Below, piece after piece: positions 45,001 to 54,683 of a stretch of 64,000 nt of DNA. Location: assembly GCA_964016885.1 (NCBI GenBank), contig OZ024742.1, positions 360,778,001-360,842,000 on the forward strand. The letters are read 5' to 3'. The stretch comes from Eledone cirrhosa (lineage: Eukaryota). The translations under genes and the position numbers were made by a program. Position 1 is the stretch's first letter, and each line of letters opens with the position of its first letter. The notes under the pieces are model-generated. The model ran no database searches and was not told the origin of the DNA. It saw only the letters and a list, made by a program, of their open reading frames with translations.

Positions 45001-48000
45001 AGACTGTTATAGTAGAGACTGGTATAGTAGAGACTGTTATAGTAGAGACTGGTATAGTAGAGACTGTTATAGTAGTGACTGTTATAGTAGAGACTGTTAT
45101 AGTAGAGACTGTTATAGTAGATACTGTTATAGTAGAGACTGTTATAGTAGAGACTGTTATAGTAGTGACTGTTATAGTAAAGACTGTTATAGTAGAGACT
45201 GTTATAGTAGAGACTGTTATAGTAGAGACTGTTATAGTAGAGACTGTTATAGTAGAGACTGGTATAGTAGAGACTGTTATAGTAGTGACTGTTATAGTAG
45301 AGACTGTTATAGTAGAGACTGTTATAGTAGTGACTGGTATAGTAGAGACTGTTATAGTAGTGACTGTTATAGTAGAGACTGGTATAGTAGTGACTGTTAT
45401 ATTAGAGACTGTTATAGTAGTGATTGTTATAGTAGTGACTGTTATAGTAGTGACTGTTATAGTAGAGACTGGTATAATAGTGACTGTTATAGTAGAGACT
45501 GTTATAGTAGAGACTGGTATAGTAGAGACTGTTATAGCAGTGACTGTTATAGTAGTGACTGTTATAGTAGTGACTGGTATAGTAGAGACTGTTATAGTAG
45601 AGACTGGTATAGTAGAGACTGTTATAGTAGAGACTGTTATAGTAGTGACTTTTATAGTAGAGACTGGTATAATAGTGACTGTTATAGTAGTGACTGTTAT
45701 AGTAGAGACTGTTATAGTAGTGACTGTTATAGTAGAGACTGTTATAGTAGAGACTGGTATAATAGTGACTGTTATAGTAGTGACTGTTATAGTAGAGACT
45801 GGTATAATAGTGACTGTTATAGTAGAGACTGTTATAGTAGAGACTGGTATAATAGTGACTGTAATAGTAGTGACTGTTATAGTAGAGGCTGGTATAATAG
45901 TGACTGTTATAGTAGAGACTGGAATAATAGTGACTGTTATAGTAGAGACTGGTATAATAGTGACTGTTATAGTAGAGACTGTTATAGTAGAGACTGGTAT
46001 AATAGTGACTGTTATAGTAGTGACTGTTATAGTAGTGACTGTTATAGTAGTGACTGGTATAGTAGAGACTGTTATAGTAGTGACTGTTATAGTAGAGACT
46101 GGTATAGTAGTGACTGGTATAGTAGAGACTGTTATAGTAGTGACTGGTATAGTAGTGACTGGTATAGTAGTGACTGTTATAGAAGAGACTGTTATAGTAG
46201 TGACTGTTATAGTAGTGACTGTTATAGTAGAGACTGTTATAGTAGAGACTGGTATAATAGTGACTGTTATTGTAGTGACTGTTATAGTAGAGACTGTTAT
46301 AGTAGTGACTGTTATAGTAGAGACTGGTATAGTAGTGACTGGTATAGTAGTGACTGGTATAGTAGTGACTGTTATAGTAGTGACTGTTATAGTAGAGACT
46401 GTTATAGTAGTGACTGGTATAGTAGTGACTGTTCTAGTAGAGACTGTTATAGTAGTGACTTGTATAGTAGTGACTGGTATAGTAGTGACTGGTATAGTAG
46501 TGACTGGTATAGTAGTGACTGTTATAGTAGAGACTGTTATAGTAGAGACTGTTATAGTAGAGACTGGTATATTAGTGACTCGTATAGTACAGATTGGTAT
46601 AGTAGAGACTGGTATAGTAGTGACTGTTATAGTAGAGACTGTTATAGTAGAGACTGTTATAGTAGAGACTGGTATAGTAGTGACTGGTATAGTAGAGACT
46701 GGTATAGTAGAGACTGGTATAGTAGTGACTGTTATAGTAGAGACTGTTATAGTAGAGACTGTTATAGTAGTGACTCGTATAGTAGTGACTGGTATAGTAG
46801 TGACTGGTATAGTAGTGACTGTTATAGTAGAGACTGTTATAGTAGAGACTGTTATAGTAGTGACTGGTATAGTAGTGACTGTTATACCAGTGACTTTTAT
46901 AGTAGAGACTGGTATAATAGTGACTGTTATAATAGTGACTGTTATAGTAGAGACTGTTATAGTAGAGACCGTTATAGTAGTGACTGTTATAGTAGAGACT
47001 GGTATAATAGTGACTGTTATAGTAGTGACTGTTATAGTAGAGACTGGTATAATAGTGACTGTTATAGTAGAGACTGTTATAGTAGAGACTGGTATAATAG
47101 TGACTGTTATAGTAGTGACTGTTATAGTAGAGACTGGTATAATAGTGACTGTTATAGTACAGACTGTTATAGTAGAGACTGGAATAATAGTGACTGTTAT
47201 AGTAGAGACTGTTATAGTAGAGACTGGTATAATAGTGACTGTTATAGTAGAGACTGGTATAATAGTGACTGTTATAGTAGTGACTGTTATAGTAGAGACT
47301 GTTATAGTAGAGACTGTTATAGTAGTGACTGGTATAGTAGAGACTGTTATAGTAGTGACTGTTATAGTAGAGACTGGTATAGTAGTGACTGGTATAGTAG
47401 TGACTGGTATAGTAGAGACTGTTATAGTAGTGACTGGTATAGTAGTGACTGGTATAGTAGTGACTGTTATAGTAGAGACTGTTATAGTAGAGACTGTTAT
47501 AGTAGTGACTGTTATAGTAGTGACTGTTATAGTAGAGACTGGTATAATAGTGACTGGTATAGTAGTGACTGTTATAGTAGAGACTGTTATAGTAGTGACT
47601 GTTATAGTAGTGACTGGTATAGTAGTGACTGTTATAGTAGAGACTGTTATAGTAGTGACTGTTATAGTAGAGACTGGTATAGTAGTGACTGGTATAGTAG
47701 TGACTGGTATAGTAGAGACTGGTATAGTAGTGACTGGTATAGTAGTGACTGTTGTAGTAGTGACTGTTATAGTAGAGACTGTTATAGTAGTGACTGGTAT
47801 AGTAGTGACTGTTCTAGTAGAGACTGTTATAGTAGTGACTGTTATAGTAGTGACTGGTATAGTAGTGACTGGTATAGTAGAGACTGTTATAGTAGTGACT
47901 GGTATAGTATTGACTGTTATAGTAGTGACTGGTATAGTAGAGACTGGTATAGTAGAGACTGGTATAGTAGTGACTGTTATAGTAGAGACTGTTATAGTAG

Positions 48001-51000
48001 AGACTGTTATAGTAGTGACTGGTATAGTAGTGACTGTTATAGTAGAGACTGGTATAGTAGTGACTGGTATAGTAGTGACTGTTATAGTAGAGACTGTTAT
48101 AGTAGTGACTGTTATAGTAGAGACTGTTATAGTAGAGACTGTTATAGTAGTGACTGGTATAGTAGTGACTGGTATAGTAGTGACTGGTATAGTAGTGACT
48201 GGTATAGTAGTGACTGGTATAGTAGTGACTGGTATAGTAGTGACTGTTATAGTAGTGACTGTTATAGTAGTGACTGGTATAGTAGTGACTGGTAAAGTAG
48301 TGACTGGTATAGTAGTGACTGTTATAGTAGAGACTGTTATAGTAGGGACTGGTATAGTAGAGACTGTTATAGTAGAGACTGGTATAGTAGTGAGTGTTAT
48401 CGTAGTGACTGGTATAGTAGTGACTGTTATAGTAGAGACTTGTATAGTAGTGACTGTTATAGTAGAGGCTGTTATAGTAGAGACTGTTATAGTAGTGAGT
48501 GGTATAGTAGAGACTGTTATAGTAGTGACTGTTATAGTAGAGACTGTTATAGCAGTGACTGGTATAGTAGAGACTGGTATAGTAGTGACTGTTATAGTAG
48601 TGACTGTTATAGTAGAGACTGGTATAATAGTGACTGTTATAGTAGTGACTGTTATAGTAGAGACTGTTATAGTAGTGATTGTTATAGTAGTGACTGTTAT
48701 AGTAGAGACTGTTATAGTAGAGACTGGTATAATAGTGACTGTTATAGTAGAGACTGGTATAATAATGACTGTTATAGTAGTGACTGTTATAATAGAGACT
48801 GGTATAATAGTGACTGTTATAGTAGAGACTGTTATAGTAGAGACTGGTATAGCAGTGACTGTTATAGCAGTGACTGTTATAGTAGAGACTGGTATAGTAG
48901 TGACTGTTATAGTAGTGACTGGTATAGTAGTGACTGGTATAGTAGTGACTGTTATAGTAGAGACTGTTATAGTAGAGACTGTTATAGCAGTGACTGGTAT
49001 AGTAGAGACTGTTATAGTAGAGACTGTTATAGTAGAGACTGTTATAGCAGTGACTGTTATAGTAGTGACTGTTATAGTTGAGACTGCTATAATTGTGACT
49101 GGTATAGTAGAGACTGTTATAGTAGAGACTGGTATAGTAGTGACTGTTATAGTAGTGACTGTTATAGTAGAGACTGTTATAGTAGAGACTGGTATAGTAG
49201 AGACTGGTATAGTAGTAACTGGTATAGTAGAGACTGTTATAGTAGAGACTGGTATAGTAGAGACTGTTATAGTAGAGACTGTTATAGCAGTGACTGTTAT
49301 AGTAGAGACTGTTATAGTAGAGACTGGTATAGTAGTGACTGTTATAGTAGTGACTGGTATAGTAGTGACTGTTATAGCAGTGACTGGTATAGTAGAGACT
49401 GTTATAGTAGAGACTGGTATAGTAGTGACTGTTATAGTAGTGACTGGTATAGTAGAGACTGTTATAGTAGAGACTGGTATAGTAGTGACTGTTATAGTAG
49501 TGACTGTTATAGTAGAGACTGTTATAGTAGAGACTGTTATAGTAGAGACTGTTATAGTAGTGACTGTTATAGTAGAGACTGTTATAGTAGTGACTGTTAT
49601 AGTAGTGACTGGTATAGTAGTGACTGTTATAGTAGTGACTGTTATAGTAGTGACTGTTATAGTAGTGACTGTTATAGTAGTGACTGTTATAGTAGAGACT
49701 GGTATAGTAGTGACTGTTATAGTAGTGACTGGTATAGTAGAGACTGTTATAGTAGAGACTGGTATAGTAGTGACTGTTATAGTAGTGACTGTTATAGTAG
49801 AGACTGTTATAGTAGAGACTGTTATAGTAGAGACTGTTATAGTAGTGACTGTTATAGTAGAGACTCTTATAGTAGTGACTGTTATAGTAGTGACTGTTAT
49901 AGTAGAGACTGTTATAGTAGTGACTGTTATAGTAGTGACTGGTATAGTAGTGACTGTTATAGTAGTGACTGTTATAGTAGTGACTGTTATAGTAGTGACT
50001 GTTATAGTAGTGACTGGTATAGTAGAGACTGGTATAGTAGTGACTGGTATAGTAGTGACTGTTATAGCAGTGACTGGTATAGTAGAGACTGTTATAGTAG
50101 AGACTGGTATAGTAGTGACTGTTATAGTAGTGACTGGTATAGTAGAGACTGTTATAGTAGAGACTGGTATAGTAGTGACTGTTATAGTAGTGACTGTTAT
50201 AGTAGAGACTGTTATAGTAGAGACTGTTATAGTAGAGACTGTTATAGTAGTGACTGTTATACCAGTGACTGTTATAGTAGTGACTGTTATAGTAGAGACT
50301 GTTATAGTAGTGACTGTTATAGTATTGACTGTTATAGTAGTGACTGTTATAGTAGAGACTGTTATAGTAGTGACTGTTATAGTAGTGACTGGTATAGTAG
50401 TGACTGTTATAGTAGTGACTGTTATAGTAGTGACTGTTATAGTAGTGACTGGTATAGTAGAGACTGGTATAGTAGAGACTGTTATAGTAGAGACTGTTAT
50501 AGTAGTGACTGGTATAGTAGAGACTGTTATAGTAGTGACTGTTATAGTAGTGACTGTTATAGTAGAGACTGGTATAGTAGTGACTGTTATAGTAGAGACT
50601 GTTATAGTAGTGACTGTTATAGTAGTGACTGGTATAGTAGTGACTGTTATAGTAGTGACTGTTATAGTAGTGACTGTTATAGTAGTGACTGTTATAGTAG
50701 TGACTGTTATAGTAGTGACTGGTATAGTAGAGACTGGTATAGTAGTGACTGGTATAGTAGTGACTGTTATAGCAGTGACTGGTATAGTAGAGACTGTTAT
50801 AGTAGAGACTGGTATAGTAGTGACTGTTATAGTAGTGACTGGTATAGTAGAGACTGTTATAGTAGAGACTGGTATAGTAGTGACTGTTATAGTAGTGACT
50901 GTTATAGTAGAGACTGTTATAGTAGAGACTGTTATAGTAGAGACTGTTATAGTAGTGACTGTTATACCAGTGACTGTTATAGTAGTGACTGTTATAGTAG

Positions 51001-51451
51001 AGACTGTTATAGTAGTGACTGTTATAGTGGTGACTGTTATAGTAGTGACTGTTATAGTAGAGACTGTTATAGTAGTGACTGTTATAGTAGTGACTGGTAT
51101 AGTAGTGACTGTTATAGTAGTGACTGTTATAGTAGTGACTGTTATAGTAGTGACTGTTATAGTAGTGACTGTTATAGTAGTGACTGGTATAGTAGAGACT
51201 GGTATAGTAGTGACTGGTATAGTAGAGACTGTTATAGTAGAGACTGTTATAGTAGTGACTGGTATAGTAGAGACTGTTATAGTAGTGACTGTTATAGTAG
51301 TGACTGTTATAGTAGAGACTGGTATAGTAGTGACTGTTATAGTAGAGACTGTTATAGTAGTGACTGTTATAGTAGTGACTGGTATAGTAGTGACTGTTAT
51401 AGTAGTGACTGTTATAGTAGTGACTGTTATAGTAGTGACTGTTATAGTAGT
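1..51451. repeat. 15-bp tandem satellite array, consensus GACTG[T/G]TATAGTAG[A/T], about 3,400 units, continuing beyond the left edge
   Basis: Read directly: uninterrupted 15-bp periodicity from base 1 to ...GTTATAGTAGT at 51451, then an abrupt switch to unique sequence (TTATGTCTAAG). Two positions vary commonly; other substitutions are rare. Confidence 0.99.
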
Positions 51452-51560
51452 TTATGTCTAAGATATAGACCAATGTTGTAAATCTGTCACTCTTGTAGCC
51501 CACTTGGAGCTGTCCCTGGCACTCTTAAATAAGTTCATTTGCTAATATTACTTGCCATAT

Positions 51561-51906
51561 ATCAACATCATCATCATCATCCAGTTTTTGATGATGCAGG
51601 ACACAATCCCTAAGTAGGGGTGGGTCCTGCCTGACATTGCTCCTTAGCATCTTGCTCCATCAATATTTGTCTGCCATTCTGACTTGGGCCAAGCCTAACT
51701 TGATCCTGATGGATATCCTCCATGTAAGTCATTTTTGTTCTTCGTGAGCCTCTACTGCCTTCTGGATTGACATTCATCAAGTTGCTGATCTAACCCTCAC
51801 GGCACTTGACATGGCAGTACCAACACATGCGTCTCATGTGAAGCACATCCCTGAGGTCGTCCATCAGCAGTCTTTTCAGGAACTCAGTTGAGCTGACATC
51901 ATCCTG
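51561..51906 (-). mobile_element. Decayed 3' end of an RTE-clade LINE (ORF C-terminus, 3' UTR, (ATG)n tail)
   Basis: Manual minus-strand translation: QDDVSSTEFLKRLLMDDLRDVLHMRRMCWYCHVKCREG*ISNLMNVNPEGSRGSRRTKMTYMEDIHQD. This matches the RTE C-terminal pattern (RRLRWxGHVxR ... GxRxRGRPKxTW). One in-frame stop. Followed by a GCAGGAC/GTCCTGC stem (51596-51630) and a (CAT)n tract at 51561-51580. Confidence 0.8.
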
Positions 51907-51925
51907 GACGTTAAACGATGATGAT

Positions 51926-52265
51926 GGAGGCACATGGCTTAGTGGTTAGAGCATTGGCCTTGCAATCGAAAGGTTGTGAGTTCAATTCTCAGACCGGGTG
52001 ATGTGTTGTTTCCTTGAGCAAGACACTTTATTTCACATTGCTCCAGTTTACTCAGCTGTAGAAATGAGATGATAGGGACTGGGGTCCCTATCATTCCACT
52101 GCAAAGTGGTCGTGGAGGTGCCACGGCAAAAAAGCACCCAGCACTCACTGTAAATGAGGTTGGTGTTAGGAAGGGCATCCAGCTGTAGAAATCAAGGCAG
52201 AATCAGTTCCTGTCCCACCCTTGCAAGCAGGGAAAAGCGGACGTAAAATGATGATGATGATGATG
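51926..52265 (+). mobile_element. tRNA-derived CORE-type SINE with (ATG)n tail, probably composite
   Basis: Head GGAGGCACATGGCTTAGTGGTTAGAGC...GAGTTCAATTC. Segment CCTTGAGCAAGACACTT...CTCCAGTTTACTCAGCTGTAGAAATG resembles the MIR/CORE domain. Then GGTTGGTGTTAGGAAGGGCATCCAGCTGTAGAAA and tail CCCTTGCAAGCAGGGAAAAGCGGACGTAAAATGATGATG. The 3' half recurs inverted at 54684-54860. Confidence 0.85.
51935..51988 (+). promoter_or_regulatory. Internal RNA polymerase III promoter of the SINE (A box and B box)
   Basis: A box TGGCTTAGTGG at 51935-51945 and B box GTTCAATTC at 51980-51988, with tRNA-like spacing. Confidence 0.7.
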
Positions 52266-52316
52266 TCATTTTAATGTCTGCTTTCCCTACTAGGAAGGGT
52301 TGGATGGGTCTATATC
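52266..52316 (-). mobile_element. SINE/LINE 3' tail module (tail only)
   Basis: TCATTTTAATGTCTGCTTTCCCTACTAGGAAGGGTTGGATGGGTCT is a diverged reverse complement of the tails at 52209-52265 and 52520-52574. Confidence 0.75.
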
Positions 52317-52519
52317 GACCAAGTCCTTACTGAAACAGAGCAACTGATGTGGGTCTCGGGCTTATCTGAGCACTCGGTAGAGCGTGAGAATGTATGTGAA
52401 ATGCAGGCCCTCGGCTGTGGCGAATGTATGCTAACAAGATGTGGGTCCCTGGCTTATCTGAGCACTCAGTAGGGTGTAGGCTCCCAGCCCCCTGAGTGGT
52501 CAGTAGGTCTGATATGTGA

Positions 52520-52574
52520 AGACCTGTCCAGCCCTTGCTTGCAAGGAAAACAGACATTAAATGATGATGATGAT
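52520..52574 (+). mobile_element. SINE/LINE 3' tail module (tail only)
   Basis: AGACCTGTCCAGCCCTTGCTTGCAAGGAAAACAGACATTAAATGATGATGATGAT; same CCTTGC..GCAAGG stem and (ATG)n end as the other tails. Confidence 0.8.
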
Positions 52575-52650
52575 ATAGCAGTGTCATAGTATCTGGACAC
52601 TATGGCAGTGTCATAGTATCTGGACATTATGGGAGTACCATAGTAGTTTA
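52574..52650. repeat. 27-bp tandem repeat, about 2.7 copies
   Basis: TATAGCAGTGTCATAGTATCTGGACAC / TATGGCAGTGTCATAGTATCTGGACAT / TATGGGAGTACCATAGTAG. Confidence 0.85.
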
Positions 52651-52763
52651 ACGAACCTAAGACATGGGTATGTCATGACTTCACACCTACAACTCTATCA
52701 GGAACTACAAATCCAGCCATCATAGCATCATACTATGATTTAGCAGAAGACATCTAAAAACAG

Positions 52764-53240
52764 GGTTTGTTAATTCAAATGTTTGTTGTATCTTTTTAGT
52801 GGACAGATAAACATGAACATTTGCTCTAAACTAAAGACTTTAACCCTTTAGCATTTACATTACTCTATATTTACTATTGTATTTTCATGGCAAACACTTT
52901 ATCTCACATAATTATCTCACATAATATCAAATCTACGAGATTCTGATATTATTTATTTTGAGAACAAGTATGAGTGGCCAGTTACAGCTGGTTTCAACAG
53001 AAAGAGGTGAACAAATTCTGGCCGGTTATGGCCAGTTTAAATGCTAAAGGGTTAATTTCTAATGTGATACAGTCATAATAATGTTTTGTACTTTTCTAGA
53101 ATATCTTACATATATAGATTCATTTGGTTTCTTAATTCAAATGTTTATAGTATCTTTACCGCAGAAGTTGTGAAAATTTGATGTAAACTGATGACTAATT
53201 TTTAAGGTGATGCAGTCATAATGCTGCTGTGTAGTTTTGA
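52764..53240. repeat. Old ~150-bp tandem duplication; first copy interrupted by the MITE
   Basis: GGTTT(G/C)TTAATTCAAATGTTT...GTATCTTT at ~52764 and ~53126. TAAACT...GACT...AATTT(C/T)TAA(T/G)GTGAT(A/G)CAGTCATAAT is present in both once the MITE is removed. Confidence 0.75.
52844..53051. mobile_element. Non-autonomous piggyBac-type MITE (208 bp)
   Basis: Perfect 14-bp TIRs CCCTTTAGCATTTA (52844-52857) and TAAATGCTAAAGGG (53038-53051), flanked by TTAA (52840-52843, 53052-53055). CCC termini with a TTAA target duplication are diagnostic of piggyBac. Confidence 0.88.
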
Positions 53241-53378
53241 CACTACACCATACTATATCACACTATTTTACTGTGGTTTCATGTGGTACAGGCCTTTCAG
53301 TTAGACAACTGGAATACTCATTAGTGAGGTTGACACTAAACCCATTAAAAGAATAATAGTGAGAATATAAATATGTCC

Positions 53379-53794
53379 ATACACACACACACATTCACAC
53401 ACACACACACACATTCACACACATGCATACATTAACACACTCACTCACTCACTCACTCACTCACTCACACATACACCCACACATACTCACACACTCACAC
53501 ACACACTCACACACACAAACACTCAAACACTCACACACAAACACAAACACTCACACACACTCAAACACTCAAACACTCACACACAAACACAAACACTCAA
53601 ACACAAACACACTCACACACACAAACACAAACACTCACACTCACACAAACACTCACACACACACTCACAAACACTCACACACTCACACAAACACTCACAC
53701 ACACTCACACAAAAACACAAACACTCACACAAACACTCACACGCACACACACACAAAAACACAAACACTCACACAAACACTCACACGCACACAC

Positions 53795-53827
<33 letters not shown>

Positions 53828-53930
53828 AACATTCACACACATACACATTCACACACATACACACAGACATACACACAGATGCAAACACATTCACACACAT
53901 ACACATTCATACACACATACACACACACAT
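53379..53930. repeat. Compound (CA)n/(CACT)n/(CACAAA)n microsatellite
   Basis: Read directly; explains the His/Thr ORF 53423-53938. Confidence 0.95.
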
Positions 53931-54004
53931 CTATATAAACATCACCAGAAAGGCAAGAATATAAATACATCTACACACATAAACATGTCCATATGTATTC
54001 AGAT

Positions 54005-54102
54005 GTGTACACATGCATACATGTCTGTGTGTGTGTGTGTATGTGTGTGCACATGCATGCATGTGTGTGTGTGTGCATGTATGTGTATGCATGTGTGTAT
54101 GT
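54005..54102. repeat. Imperfect (TG)n/(CATG)n microsatellite
   Basis: Read directly. Confidence 0.9.
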
Positions 54103-54163
54103 AACTACTGTAACAGAAGAATATCAGATGTATAGTTTAATATATAAATCTGGAAATATATAT

Positions 54164-54229
54164 ATCATCATCATCATTTTCATTTCAACATCCGCATTCC
54201 TTGCTAGCAAGGGTTGGACAGGTCTACAT
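54164..54229 (-). mobile_element. SINE/LINE 3' tail module (tail only) abutting the CR1 3' end
   Basis: (ATC)n...CAACATCCGCATTCCTTGCTAGCAAGGGTTGGACAGGTCT; contains the perfect palindrome CCTTGCTAGCAAGG (54199-54212). Confidence 0.8.
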
Positions 54230-54500
54230 AAAAATAATAATGAAAATTATTGTGTACAGTGCTCAGGTGCATTACAACTCATCAAAGGTGTATGCATAGT
54301 ACATAGAATAATGTACAAATGTCAGGAAAGTGAACAGTGTATGAGTCATGATATACACATGTGTGTATGGAGAGGGAATATCAGGTGTAGTGTTGGCAAG
54401 TTTCAAGAAGTATGGAAGTCTTGAAGGATGCAGTGTCCCAACTGTTAACAACTGATGTAGGTAGTTTGTTCCATGCTTCAGCAAGTGTGAAAAAGTCAAT
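54230..54500 (-). mobile_element. 3' fragment of a CR1-group LINE (ORF2 C-terminus and 3' UTR)
   Basis: Manual minus-strand translation of 54500-54381: IDFFTLAEAWNKLPTSVVNSWDTASFKTSILLETCQHYT*. This matches the CR1/L2 motif FFxxRVxxxWNxLPxxVV..FK. The UTR ends in (ATT)n at ~54232-54242. Confidence 0.82.
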
Positions 54501-54514
54501 CCTGAAGTGGTAGC

Positions 54515-54672
54515 TACTCTTTTATTGGTTCCAGTCATTATACTACAATCATGCTGGGGCATTGCTTTGATTTAGTCAATTATATCAACCCTAGCACTTA
54601 TTTATTCTAGTCTGGTGCTTATTTTATCATTCTCTTGTTGAACTGCTAAGTTACAGGTGATAAACATACACA
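54515..54672 (-). mobile_element. Diverged SINE-like interspersed repeat fragment
   Basis: TACTCTTTTATTGGTTCCAGTCATT...CATGCTGGGGCATTGC...GAACTGCTAAGTTACAGG...TAAACA resembles an abundant octopus repeat as I recall it. There is no second copy in the window to confirm it. Confidence 0.45.
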
Positions 54673-54683
54673 CCTTTATATAT

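Noticed and set aside
1-51451. CRISPR-like or information-storage array
   Set aside because: No unique spacers, leader or cas genes; the context is eukaryotic; variant order is copied in blocks, as expected from unequal exchange.
1-51451. Telomeric repeat
   Set aside because: The unit is unrelated to TTAGGG or TTAGG and has no G-runs; telomerase products would not show kilobase higher-order duplications.
70-51503. Giant ORFs up to 4443 aa (TVIVE/TGIVV, YSRDC/YSSDW, STITV, YYNSH repeats)
   Set aside because: The 15-mer is a multiple of 3 and stop-free in four of six frames, so long ORFs are automatic. Most starts are GTG/TTG, frames swap at indels, several frames overlap, and there is no unique domain or signal peptide. 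The Tyr/Asp/Arg-rich frame lacks the Met-rich reflectin motif.
51926-51998. Functional tRNA gene (TGC in an anticodon-like loop)
   Set aside because: Acceptor and anticodon stems pair poorly, there is no oligo-T terminator, and it continues into CORE and tail sequence, so it is a SINE head.
52317-52519. Hammerhead ribozyme or retrozyme in the double-tailed unit
   Set aside because: No CTGANGA...GAAA core in the required order on either strand by eye (CTGATGT only). An Infernal search with Rfam hammerhead models would settle it.
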